Source of the DNA: Gammaproteobacteria bacterium
GTDB lineage: Bacteria; Pseudomonadota; Gammaproteobacteria; SZUA-229
Direction of reading: 5' to 3'
Length of the DNA: 48,853 nucleotides
Assembly (NCBI GenBank): GCA_029287435.1
Contig: JARFRD010000118.1
Coordinates: 1 to 48,853, forward strand
The position numbers and the translations under genes are program-made. This document shows, piece by piece, positions 9,241 through 17,929 of the stretch. The notes under the pieces are model-generated. The model was given only the letters and a program-made list of their open reading frames with translations, had not been told where the DNA came from and searched no databases. Positions within the stretch are counted from its first letter, which is position 1, and every line of letters starts with the position of its first letter.

Positions 9241-9259
9241 CAAAATGATAATTATCAAT
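9241..9259. promoter_or_regulatory. Fur-box-like site
   Basis: CAAAATGATAATTATCAAT, 13/19 to GATAATGATAATCATTATC; contains palindrome TGATAATTATCA. Confidence 0.4.
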
Positions 9260-9282
9260 TACGCAAGCTGACTTGATATTTC

Positions 9283-9296
9283 TTGATATCAGTCAA
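9283..9296. promoter_or_regulatory. FNR/ANR-box-like site
   Basis: TTGAT-ATCA-GTCAA, one mismatch to TTGAT-N4-ATCAA. Confidence 0.5.
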
Positions 9297-9356
9297 TATA
9301 CTGATGAGCACGCTCTAATAATCAAGCTGGATCTATCAGAGATTATAAGGTTGTTT

Positions 9357-9388
9357 GATTACCCGCTTTTGATCCAAAGCGGATATTC
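9357..9388 (-). repeat. Cassette-boundary palindromic site R6 (inverted orientation)
   Basis: Minus strand GAAT-ATCCGCTT-TGGATCAA-AAGCGGGT-AATC; CCGCTTT/AAAGCGG arms; 24 nt past the pyrC' stop. Confidence 0.65.
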
Positions 9389-9412
9389 GGGATAGGCGAT
9401 TGGATGGGTGCG

Positions 9413-10696
9413 TTATTGGTCCGATGAAAAGACAAGTTCGCCATTGATGATCGTGTAGCGATTCTTGCCCTGGAAATTCCAGCCTTCGAATGGCGTATTC
9501 TTGCCGTGACTTAGCATGCTTTCAGTATCGAGCTGCCAGTCTGCGTCAGGATCATAAATGCAGATATCGGCAATTTCACCTTCTCTCAGTGTGCCTGCAC
9601 TGATACCGAGAATGGCCGCAGGCTTACTGGTGATCAAACTGAGTGCTGTATATGTCGGTACCACCTGTTCGCGCACAAGGCGCAGGCTTAGCGGCAGTAG
9701 CGTTTCAAGACTCGATATGCCTGGCTCGGTACTGGCGAAAGGCGCCTGTTTGGCATCAATTTCATGCGGCTGATGATCGGAGCAAATCGCATCAATCACC
9801 CCGTCCTGAACACCTCTACGCAAGGCTTCCATATCACGTTGACTACGCAAAGGTGGCAGGACATGGTATATGCTGTTGAAGCTGCTGATATCCATCTCGT
9901 TAAGGAACAGTTGGTGAGCACTGACATCAGCTGTAACCGGTAAACCCTGATCCTTGGCATCTGCAATAAGACGGACTGCATGTGCGGAAGACAGGCGACC
10001 AAAATGTGCTTTGACTCCGGTTTCGGCAATCAACATCAGGGAGCGAGAAATGGCTACAGTTTCGGCGGATACCGGTATACCCTGCAGACCAAGGCGACTT
10101 GCCACGCGACCGTCATGCGCACATCCGCCGGCACTCAGCCAGTGATCATCCGGTTCGATGAAGACAGCCATGTCATAGTTGGCTGCATAGGCATAGGCAC
10201 GTTTCAATACCTGGGTACTCTCGACAGGTCTGCGTGTGTTACTGACACCAACACAGCCTGCTGTTTGTAACGCGGCCATTTCACTGAGCAGCTGACCCTT
10301 GAGGCCCGTGGTCAGGGCGCCGAGTGTCAATACCTTTGTGTGTGCCGCCATCAGTGTTTTGTGGTGAATCAATTCAACCACGGCAGGTTCATCGATCACC
10401 GGATCAGTATCAGGCGGGCAACACAGTGTAGTGATGCCAGCACTGGCTGCGGCAATCGTTTCACTTTGAATGTTGGCTTTAAATTCGAGGCCGGGTTCAC
10501 GCAGGCGGGCACACAGGTCGACGATACCGGCACTGATGATCAGCCCGGTTGCATCGATGGTTTTGTCGGGCTCGAAGCCAGGCAGGGCATCACCCAGTGC
10601 GATGATCTTGCCGTCTTCGATACAGACACTACTCGTTTTAACGGTTTCACTGACCGGGTCGAGGATTAAACCATTGGAAATCAGCAGGCGGCTCAT
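9413..10696 (-). CDS. pyrC: Dihydroorotase-like protein (PyrC'-type, probably the inactive ATCase-associated subunit)
   Basis: 427-aa long-type DHOase fold, but [10 protein letters not shown] replaces the metal-binding DxHxHxREPG; overlaps the pyrB stop. Confidence 0.88.
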   Translation of the reverse strand: MSRLLISNGLILDPVSETVKTSSVCIEDGKIIALGDALPGFEPDKTIDATGLIISAGIVDLCARLREPGLEFKANIQSETIAAASAGITTLCCPPDTDPVIDEPAVVELIHHKTLMAAHTKVLTLGALTTGLKGQLLSEMAALQTAGCVGVSNTRRPVESTQVLKRAYAYAANYDMAVFIEPDDHWLSAGGCAHDGRVASRLGLQGIPVSAETVAISRSLMLIAETGVKAHFGRLSSAHAVRLIADAKDQGLPVTADVSAHQLFLNEMDISSFNSIYHVLPPLRSQRDMEALRRGVQDGVIDAICSDHQPHEIDAKQAPFASTEPGISSLETLLPLSLRLVREQVVPTYTALSLITSKPAAILGISAGTLREGEIADICIYDPDADWQLDTESMLSHGKNTPFEGWNFQGKNRYTIINGELVFSSDQ

Positions 10697-11742
10697 TGTT
10701 CTTCTCCGCTGATTTCGGCCTCGGGCTCACGCCCAAGCACCATGGACATTATGGCCATGCGTACGGCGATACCGTATGTGACCTGGTTCAGGATGACTGA
10801 ACGTGGCCCGTCAGCGACACTGGATTCGATTTCTACGCCGCGATTAATTGGGCCCGGGTGCATGACGATGGCATCGTCTTTCGCAGCCTTGAGCTTATCT
10901 TCGGTGAGGCCGTACTCACTGTAGTATTCGTGTTCGCTGGGTAGTAATGCACCCTGCATGCGTTCCTTCTGCAGCCGCAGCATGATGATCACGTCAGCGT
11001 CTTTTACACCTTTTGCGAGATCGTGATAAACCTTGACCCCCATATCTTCTATGTCGTTCGGGACCAGGGTTCTGGGTGCGATAACGCGCACATCACCTGT
11101 GTTCAGCGTGTTGAGCGCATGTATCTGCGAGCGAGCGACGCGAGAATGCAGCAGGTCACCAACAATAGCGACTCGCAGGTTGCCGAAGTCACCCTTGAAG
11201 CGACGAATGGTAAACATATCCAGCATGGCCTGTGTCGGATGTGCATGCCAACCATCACCGGCATTGATTACGCTGATGTGTGGTGCGACATGGCTGGCAA
11301 TAAAGTGTGCAGCACCGGAATCGCTGTGACGCACGATGAACATGTCACATAGCATCGCCTGCAGATTTTGCAGTGTGTCCAGTAACGATTCTCCCTTGGT
11401 CGTTGCCGAGGTGCTGATATTGATGTTTAGAATATCGGCGGACAGACGCTTGGCAGCCAGCTCAAAGGTGGTGCGTGTTCGTGTACTGGCTTCGAAAAAC
11501 AGGTTAACGATTGTTTTACCGCGAAGGATAGGGACTTTCTTCACACGCTGTTCATTGACGTTGGCAAAACTTTCTGCCGTATCAAGAATGCTGGTCAGAA
11601 TTTCGCTACCCAGTCCTTCGACGGTCAGGAAATGTTTTAGCCGCCCATTTCTGTCAAGCTGGATGTTCCAGTTATCATTGCCGATGAGGCTGTCGGTTGG
11701 TTTGCTGGGCTTGTTAACCACGCGATTTCCCCTTGCCGGCAA
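10693..11742 (-). CDS. pyrB: Aspartate carbamoyltransferase catalytic subunit
   Basis: [37 protein letters not shown]; exact start uncertain. Confidence 0.96.
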   Translation of the reverse strand: MPARGNRVVNKPSKPTDSLIGNDNWNIQLDRNGRLKHFLTVEGLGSEILTSILDTAESFANVNEQRVKKVPILRGKTIVNLFFEASTRTRTTFELAAKRLSADILNINISTSATTKGESLLDTLQNLQAMLCDMFIVRHSDSGAAHFIASHVAPHISVINAGDGWHAHPTQAMLDMFTIRRFKGDFGNLRVAIVGDLLHSRVARSQIHALNTLNTGDVRVIAPRTLVPNDIEDMGVKVYHDLAKGVKDADVIIMLRLQKERMQGALLPSEHEYYSEYGLTEDKLKAAKDDAIVMHPGPINRGVEIESSVADGPRSVILNQVTYGIAVRMAIMSMVLGREPEAEISGEEQ

Positions 11743-11841
11743 TGGTGAGCCTGGTGGTATAAAAAATTGAGTGGAAACCCGGTGCGGGTAAGGTCTGAAT
11801 ATTATTGCAAGTAGCTATGCCTGTTAGATTCAGCCAGTCAG

Positions 11842-12339
11842 TCATGTAACAACAAACTCCAGTGGTTCAGGTCCGGTCAGTTTAATGTGCTGGTCCGGTT
11901 TTAGATCCAGTTTCTGTCCTATTGCATCAGCCTGTATTGGCAACTCATGGCCGCCCCGATCGACAAGGCAGGCCAGAATGATACTGGCAGGTCGGCCGTA
12001 GTCAAAAATCTCGTTCATTGCAGCACGAATAGTGCGCCCGGTTTGTAGTACATCATCGACCAGCACGATGTGCCTGTCTTCAACCTGTGGTGGCAGGCTG
12101 GAAGGTTTGACTTTTGGGTTCATGCCGATGCGGGAAAAATCGTCACGATAAAAACTGATGTCCAGTGTTGAAAGCGTTTGTGTCAGGCCAAGTTTGGCAT
12201 GGAGGATATTGGCAACCCAGACGCCGCCCGTGTGAATACCAACCATCAACGGATCATCTATTGAGCGCTCTTCGAGGAGTCGCTGCAAGTCATCTGCCAG
12301 TTTACCCAGAAGCTGTTCTGGCTTGGCAATGTCACTCAT
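11842..12339 (-). CDS. pyrR: Pyrimidine regulatory protein / uracil phosphoribosyltransferase PyrR
   Basis: LDISFYRDDF, PRPP loop VLVDDVLQTGRT, DRGGHELPIQAD. Confidence 0.95.
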   Translation of the reverse strand: MSDIAKPEQLLGKLADDLQRLLEERSIDDPLMVGIHTGGVWVANILHAKLGLTQTLSTLDISFYRDDFSRIGMNPKVKPSSLPPQVEDRHIVLVDDVLQTGRTIRAAMNEIFDYGRPASIILACLVDRGGHELPIQADAIGQKLDLKPDQHIKLTGPEPLEFVVT

Positions 12340-12358
12340 AGATGTCGAGCCTTTGTCG

Positions 12359-12784
12359 CTAGTCAGTGTGCGTGTTTAGCCATGATTGAACTATGATGGC
12401 TGCGGCCATTTTATCAATCTCGTGCTTGTTGTGCTTGGAAATTTTCATGTCCTGCTTCAGCTGTTCTTCGGCAGCGTAGGATGAAAGGTTTTCATCGACC
12501 AGGAAGACGGGCAGGCTGAAACGCTGCTCAAGTTCGCGGCTGAATTTTTTTACAGCCTGTGTTATCTCGGTTTCACTACCATCGAGCATGGTGGGTAGAC
12601 CCACGATCAGGGCGTCAGGTTTCCATTGCTTGATGTGTTGCTCGATACTTTCCCAGTCGGGGTTGTTATCCACAGACTGAAGTGTGGTCAGTGGTGAAGC
12701 AGTATTGGTAATGGTTTGCCCGGTGGCCACACCGATACGCTTGAGGCCGAAATCGAAGCCGAGTACAGACCTTATTTCGCTCAT
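12359..12784 (-). CDS. yqgF: YqgF/RuvX RNase H-fold nuclease
   Basis: LGFDFGLKRIGVATG, VGLP, VDENLSS, IDKMAAAII. Confidence 0.95.
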   Translation of the reverse strand: MSEIRSVLGFDFGLKRIGVATGQTITNTASPLTTLQSVDNNPDWESIEQHIKQWKPDALIVGLPTMLDGSETEITQAVKKFSRELEQRFSLPVFLVDENLSSYAAEEQLKQDMKISKHNKHEIDKMAAAIIVQSWLNTHTD

Positions 12785-13338
12785 GCGTGACCGGGGTCGT
12801 TGCTCATTAAACTCAGGTTGACACCCAGCAGGTCTGCAGCAGCCTGCCAGCGGTCCTCTACCGGTGTTTCGAATATGATCTGTTCTTCAGCGGGGCAGCT
12901 GAGCCAGGCGTTGGCTGCAAGTTCATTTTCCAGTTGTCCGGGTCCCCAGCCGGCATAACCGAGCGCAACGATAGTGTCGTTTGGGCCGCTGCCTTCGGCG
13001 ATGGCCTGCAGGATATCTTTGGATGTTGTCAGTGCAATCGACTCGTTAACCACCAGGCTTGAGTCCCAGCGGCCGACCGGTCGATGCAGGATGAATCCGC
13101 GGTTTTCCTGGACGGGCCCGCCGATATACACGCTTTCTTTGGCTACCGATTCTGAACAGGGTATTTTCATCTGCGCCATGACATCTTTCATCTTGATGTC
13201 AGATTTGCGGTTGATGATGATGCCAAACGTACCATTGGCGTCATGCTCACAGATATAGGTTACCGCTTGTGAAAAGTTTTCATCCATCAGGCTCGGCATG
13301 GCGATGATGAAATGATTGGTGAGGTTGTTGTCACTCAT
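12781..13338 (-). CDS. yqgE: YqgE/AlgH family protein
   Basis: IAMPSLMDENF, CEHDANG, GGPV, LGYAGWGPGQLENE. Confidence 0.95.
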   Translation of the reverse strand: MSDNNLTNHFIIAMPSLMDENFSQAVTYICEHDANGTFGIIINRKSDIKMKDVMAQMKIPCSESVAKESVYIGGPVQENRGFILHRPVGRWDSSLVVNESIALTTSKDILQAIAEGSGPNDTIVALGYAGWGPGQLENELAANAWLSCPAEEQIIFETPVEDRWQAAADLLGVNLSLMSNDPGHA

Positions 13339-13340
13339 AC

Positions 13341-14228
13341 TCAGTTTGTTCGCAGACTGTTGTTGCTCTGGAATTCCCAGCTGCGAGTGATGTGTATGAT
13401 ATCAGCCTCTTTACGGAGTTTTGGTGGAAATGGCGGATAAGGTGCTGCGAGTTGAACGATGCGTTTGGCGGCATCGTCGAGTACCTGGTGTCCCGATGAT
13501 TTGCGTAAATCGGTTTTTATCAGGTTACCTTCGGCGTTAATCACTACGTCCAGTATCAATGTGCCACTAAGCTTGTCGCGACGGGCCTGGTCGGGATAGT
13601 TGAGGTTGCCGATACGCTCGACGCGATTGATCCACTGGCGCATGTAGCTTGCAGGCACGAATTCACGCGTGCTGGAAGTCAGGTACATGGCGCGTGACTT
13701 CTGGGAAGAATGTTCAATGCGTGTACTCAGTTCCTGTGCAAGGCGTGCAGTCTTGTTGTTCTGTTGCTGGTTCTGCTGTTGCCGGGTGATGTCTTCCGGG
13801 CTCTGCCGATTGATATCAGTTTTTATCGCATAGTCGGAATCATCCTGCGACAACAGGGCCATTTTTTCATCGCGTTGCTGGCTGGCCTGTTCCTGCTGCG
13901 AAGTCGCCATGGCCATACCGGGATTCTTCGACAGGCTGGGGGCGGTAAACAGGTCGCGTGGTCGACTGGGCTGTTCGTTGTCACCACCACCTTTCTGGGT
14001 GACCTGTGCGAGGTACTTGGCATCTTCTTCTTCCGAAGGATTCTGCGTCTGTACCAGGATCACGTCCAGGGCGGGTGCTGATTCGAAATCGGATGAAGGC
14101 ATGATGCTGAAGGTGACGCCAAGAATGACGATGCCGTGAAAAACCGCTGCCAGGAACAGGGTGAGCCCCAGGCGATCATTATCGGTGATTTGAGGTGCGC
14201 CTCTGGGCGCGCTGACTACTGCATTCAT
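13341..14228 (-). CDS. tonB: TonB-family energy transducer (TonB3-like)
   Basis: N-terminal TM with His (AAVFHG); C-terminal TonB domain (GNLNYP, SSGHQVLDDAA, ITRSWEF); in gshB-tonB-algH synteny. Confidence 0.85.
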   Translation of the reverse strand: MNAVVSAPRGAPQITDNDRLGLTLFLAAVFHGIVILGVTFSIMPSSDFESAPALDVILVQTQNPSEEEDAKYLAQVTQKGGGDNEQPSRPRDLFTAPSLSKNPGMAMATSQQEQASQQRDEKMALLSQDDSDYAIKTDINRQSPEDITRQQQNQQQNNKTARLAQELSTRIEHSSQKSRAMYLTSSTREFVPASYMRQWINRVERIGNLNYPDQARRDKLSGTLILDVVINAEGNLIKTDLRKSSGHQVLDDAAKRIVQLAAPYPPFPPKLRKEADIIHITRSWEFQSNNSLRTN

Positions 14229-14282
14229 TATTATTATATTGATCGCATTCTGATCACAGAATAAATACGAGTATAGACATTA

Positions 14283-15350
14283 TTATAGTGGTTGGCTGAG
14301 CAGAATGGGTGAACTCTCGTGATTTGTGAGATTAATGCGCTTTTGCATTGCCGGGTTCATATGGATCCGACCCTCGGTATCCACCAGCATGACATACTTG
14401 ATGCCCATGGAGCGGGCTGTTGCGTACCAGCGCTCAGGACCGGCGACAAACAGTGCTGTTGCTGCAGCATCGGCCTCACCGGCATCCTGGTGTATCACGG
14501 TGACGGAGGCTGTACCCGTGGCCGGGTAACCTGTTGTCGGGTCCAGTATGTGGTGATAGCGCCTGCCTTCATGCATGTAATAACGCTCGTAGTCGCCGGA
14601 GCTGAAGACACTTTCGTTATCTTGTGCTTCCAGCCAGGCGATGACACCTTGTTGCCGGGGATGGCGTATACCAATGCGCCAGGCCCGGTCACCGCGCTGA
14701 CCAAGCACGCGCAGGTCACCGCCGGCATTAATCACAGCATGCTTGATGCCCTGGCTCTGCAGGTCATCAAGCGCAAGATCGATGGCATAACCTTTGGCGA
14801 AAGCACCGAAGTTGAGTTCTACCGCAGGATTCTGACTGGTGAGTACACCGTTCTCGATCGCCAGGTCATCCATGGACGGTGCGAGTCCGGTTAGCCTGTC
14901 GATAGCATCTGCTGCTGGCGGTTGAATATCCGGTTCATCGTGCCGGTGCATTTGCCAGAGCCGTATCAGTTTGCCAATCGCGGGGTTGAACAGGCCCTGA
15001 CTGCGTTCATAGAGCTGCTTTGATGCAGTTATCAGGGGGGTAATTGAGTCCGGTGGCGGAAATGATTTACCCTCTGCGATTGAGGCATTGGTCTTGCGCA
15101 GGTCGCTGTCTTGCCATGGAGTCCACTGCGCATGGTAACGATGGAAGTCACTTTCAAGCTTGTCAAAAGCCTGGTTCGCGGTGTCTTCGTCGATATCATA
15201 CAGGGTGATTTCAATCAGGGTGCCGAATACAAACACGGTGTGTTTGTGTTCCGATGGCCCTTGTGTACACGCAGAAACACCCATGATCAGCCCTGAAACC
15301 AGGCCGAGGAAAAGCAGGCGCGATGGATTGATGAATCTAATGGTGGGCAT
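14283..15350 (-). CDS. apbE: FAD:protein FMN transferase lipoprotein
   Basis: Lipobox VSAC, NFGAFAKGYAID, NAGGDL, SSGDYERY, HHILDPTTGYP, ADAAATALFV; ATG 15350 preferred over TTG 15380. Confidence 0.92.
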   Translation of the reverse strand: MPTIRFINPSRLLFLGLVSGLIMGVSACTQGPSEHKHTVFVFGTLIEITLYDIDEDTANQAFDKLESDFHRYHAQWTPWQDSDLRKTNASIAEGKSFPPPDSITPLITASKQLYERSQGLFNPAIGKLIRLWQMHRHDEPDIQPPAADAIDRLTGLAPSMDDLAIENGVLTSQNPAVELNFGAFAKGYAIDLALDDLQSQGIKHAVINAGGDLRVLGQRGDRAWRIGIRHPRQQGVIAWLEAQDNESVFSSGDYERYYMHEGRRYHHILDPTTGYPATGTASVTVIHQDAGEADAAATALFVAGPERWYATARSMGIKYVMLVDTEGRIHMNPAMQKRINLTNHESSPILLSQPL

Positions 15351-15372
15351 GCTCAGGGTTAAAAATCCGGGG

Positions 15373-16319
15373 TCAGTCAAGTCGTTGTTCGATGCAGTCC
15401 ATCAGTTGCCCGGCAATGTCGAGATCATATTGCTTGTCGAGTTCGCGGATGCAGGTCGGGCTGGTGATGTTGATTTCCGTGAGGTAATCACCGATCACAT
15501 CCAGTCCGGCAAACAGAATACCTTTTTCCTTGAGTCGCGGTGCAACCTGCTCACATATCCACCAGTCCCTGTCGCTTAGTGGAACCCCGATGCCTTCAGC
15601 GCCGGCGACAAGGTTGCCACGGAACTCACCTTCAGCCGGTACGCGTGCCAGTGCGTAAGGCACGGCTTCGCCATCAATCAGCAGCACGCGCTTGTCGCCG
15701 GCACGGATCTCTGGAATATAGCGTTGCGCCATAATGGTCTTGTCACCGGAAAGCGTCATCAATTCAAGGATCACCGACAGATTCTGGTTATCCGGTTGCA
15801 CGCGGAAGATTGAGTGCCCCCCCATGCTGTCCAGGGGTTTGAGAACGACATCCCGGTGTTCGCTAACAAACTGTCGGATCCGGTCGGGATCGCGACTGAC
15901 CAGCACTGGTGTGCAGCACTGCGGAAATTCGGTGATGAACAGTTTTTCATTGGCATCCCTGAGACTGGCGGTGCTGTTGACTACCAGCGTGCCGGCGCGC
16001 TCGGCTTGCTCGAGCAACCAGGTCGTGGTGATGTATTCGATATCGTAGGGTGGGTCCTTGCGCATCAGAACCGCGTCGAGTTCGGACAGGGCAATATCCT
16101 GTTCAGATTTAATCGAGAACCAGCCGCCTGTGTCGTCTTTTACCTCGACAATACGTGTTGCCGCGCGTGATTCCATGCCGTCAGAGTAGAGGTCGTCTGC
16201 TGTATATAATGAATAGCCCAGCCGCGGCGCTGCGCGGCCAGCATCATCGCAAAGCTGCTGTCTTTGATAATTTTGATGTGCTCGATCGAGTCCATCACGA
16301 TGCCGATTGATCGGTTCAT
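15373..16319 (-). pseudogene. gshB: Glutathione synthetase with a 1-nt frameshift (real lesion or assembly error)
   Basis: N-terminus MNRSIGIVMDSIEHIKIIKDSSFAMMLAAQRRGW from ATG 16319 is in a different frame from the RKDPP/ANEK/FRGNL/EINITSPT body; span is 947 nt, one short of a 315-aa gene. Confidence 0.9.
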
Positions 16320-16471
16320 ATCCGGGCCTGTGTCAGGTTTCTGAGTCGCTCAACTGTAAAGGAATCTGCTGGATCACACAATTCAACGATATATGCGCAA
16401 GTATTAATTGCTAATGTAAATTTCATGGTCTACATTCAGATTATAACAATGTCTTTCCGGGCTAATAATTA

Positions 16472-16882
16472 ATGAATGGTACAGCAATGGCAGAAGAAAT
16501 TGCTGAGTTAAGTGACCTCAAGGTGATGGTCATTGACGACAGTAAAACAATTCGTCGTACAGCAGAGAATCTTCTTAAAAAAGAAGGATGTGAAGTGGTT
16601 ACCGCGGTTGACGGCTTTGAGGCTCTGTCAAAAATCGCGGAAACCAAACCGAACATCATATTCGTAGACATCATGATGCCGCGTCTTGATGGCTACCAGA
16701 CTTGTGCGCTGATAAAAAATAACAAGGCATTCAGGGAGACGCCGGTCATTATGCTGTCGAGCAAGGACAGTATTTTTGACCGTGCTCGTGGCCGAATAGT
16801 GGGTTCGACCCAGTATTTGACCAAGCCTTTCACCAAGGAAGATCTGATAGGTGCAATTAAAGAGCACGCTTCCGCAAAATAA
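16472..16882 (+). CDS. pilG: Twitching motility response regulator PilG
   Basis: VMVIDDSKTIRRTAE, VDIMMPRLDGYQTCALIK, LSSKD, LTKPF; alternative start at 16487. Confidence 0.96.
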   Translation: MNGTAMAEEIAELSDLKVMVIDDSKTIRRTAENLLKKEGCEVVTAVDGFEALSKIAETKPNIIFVDIMMPRLDGYQTCALIKNNKAFRETPVIMLSSKDSIFDRARGRIVGSTQYLTKPFTKEDLIGAIKEHASAK

Positions 16883-16938
16883 AATTGGCAAATGAAATAA
16901 CAGCCGAAGATTATAATGATAACAATGGTGATTTAGTA

Positions 16939-17304
16939 ATGGCGAAGATACTTGTAGTAGACGACTCACCAACCGAAGTACATGTGCTGCAGACAATTCT
17001 GGAAAAGAATGGTCATGAAGTGGTTGTAGCTGATTCAGGTGAGTCCGGAATAGAAAAAGCAAAAGAGGCATTGCCTGACCTGGTGCTGATGGACGTCGTT
17101 ATGCCTGGTATGAATGGCTTTCAGGCAACACGCCAGTTGACCAAGCAACCAGAGACCGCGAACATCCCGGTTATTATCGTCACAACAAAAGACCAGGAAA
17201 CAGATAAGGTCTGGGCAAAGCGACAAGGTGCCAAGGATTATATCGTCAAGCCGGTTCAGGAGAAGGGGTTGATTGAACACGTGAACATGGTGCTGTCGAG
17301 TTAA
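16939..17304 (+). CDS. pilH: Twitching motility response regulator PilH
   Basis: MAKILVVDDSPTE, MDVVMPGMNGFQATR, TTKDQETDKVW; ATG 16939 preferred over TTG 16885. Confidence 0.96.
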   Translation: MAKILVVDDSPTEVHVLQTILEKNGHEVVVADSGESGIEKAKEALPDLVLMDVVMPGMNGFQATRQLTKQPETANIPVIIVTTKDQETDKVWAKRQGAKDYIVKPVQEKGLIEHVNMVLSS

Positions 17305-17326
17305 CTTGTTATTGCAAATTTAAATT

Positions 17327-17875
17327 GTGTTACAAAAAGTGAATACGTCTGACCCTTTTGATTTGTTGCTGGATATAGAGCAGCGCTGCATGACGAATGC
17401 TGCCGGGCTGCCTACACTGGATCAGACGCAGGAAGAATGGGTGGGGGTCGGTTTCAGGATTGGCCAGGACAAGCTGATAGCGCCAATGTCGGAGATCCAG
17501 GAAATCCTGGATTTGCCTGAATTCACTTTTGTGCCTGGTGTTAAGTCATGGATGGTAGGTGTCGCGAACGTGCGCGGCAGTTTACTGCCATTGATGGATC
17601 TGAAAGGTTATATCCTCGGTGAGGATATTAAAAACAGAAAGAAGGGACGCGTAATTGTTATTAATTACAAAGGTTTTAATACAGGCCTTATTGTCGAAGA
17701 AGTCTATGGACTGAAGCACTTTCAGTTTAAGGATAAGTCAGACGAAATTCCGGGTGTACATGAAAATGTATCCCGCTATGTCGATATGGCTTTTAATGAT
17801 GAAGGTGATAAATGGCCGGTTTTCAGTTTTGAAAACATGACGTCTGATGAACGATTGATTCATGCGTCACTATAA
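17327..17875 (+). CDS. pilI: CheW-like adaptor PilI
   Basis: WVGVGFRIG, VPGVKSWMVGVANVRGSLLP; position in the pilGHIJ cluster. Confidence 0.93.
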   Translation: MLQKVNTSDPFDLLLDIEQRCMTNAAGLPTLDQTQEEWVGVGFRIGQDKLIAPMSEIQEILDLPEFTFVPGVKSWMVGVANVRGSLLPLMDLKGYILGEDIKNRKKGRVIVINYKGFNTGLIVEEVYGLKHFQFKDKSDEIPGVHENVSRYVDMAFNDEGDKWPVFSFENMTSDERLIHASL

Positions 17876-17929
17876 AAAAAATAATATTCAGGCCGGGCGA
17901 AAGGCTGTTAGTTATTCGGAGTTAAATTT

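Noticed and set aside
6222-9388. Reading the R-sites as integron attC sites or CRISPR repeats
   Set aside because: No RYYYAAC/GTTRRRY ends, too short for attC, no intI; intervals are gene-sized and irregular, and there are no cas genes
9413-10696. Loss of metal-binding His residues in the dihydroorotase as a novel feature or pseudogene
   Set aside because: Matches the known non-catalytic PyrC' subunit that partners PyrB in Pseudomonas-type ATCases
15373-16176. 267-aa ORF as a complete short GshB
   Set aside because: The missing N-terminus is present upstream in another frame
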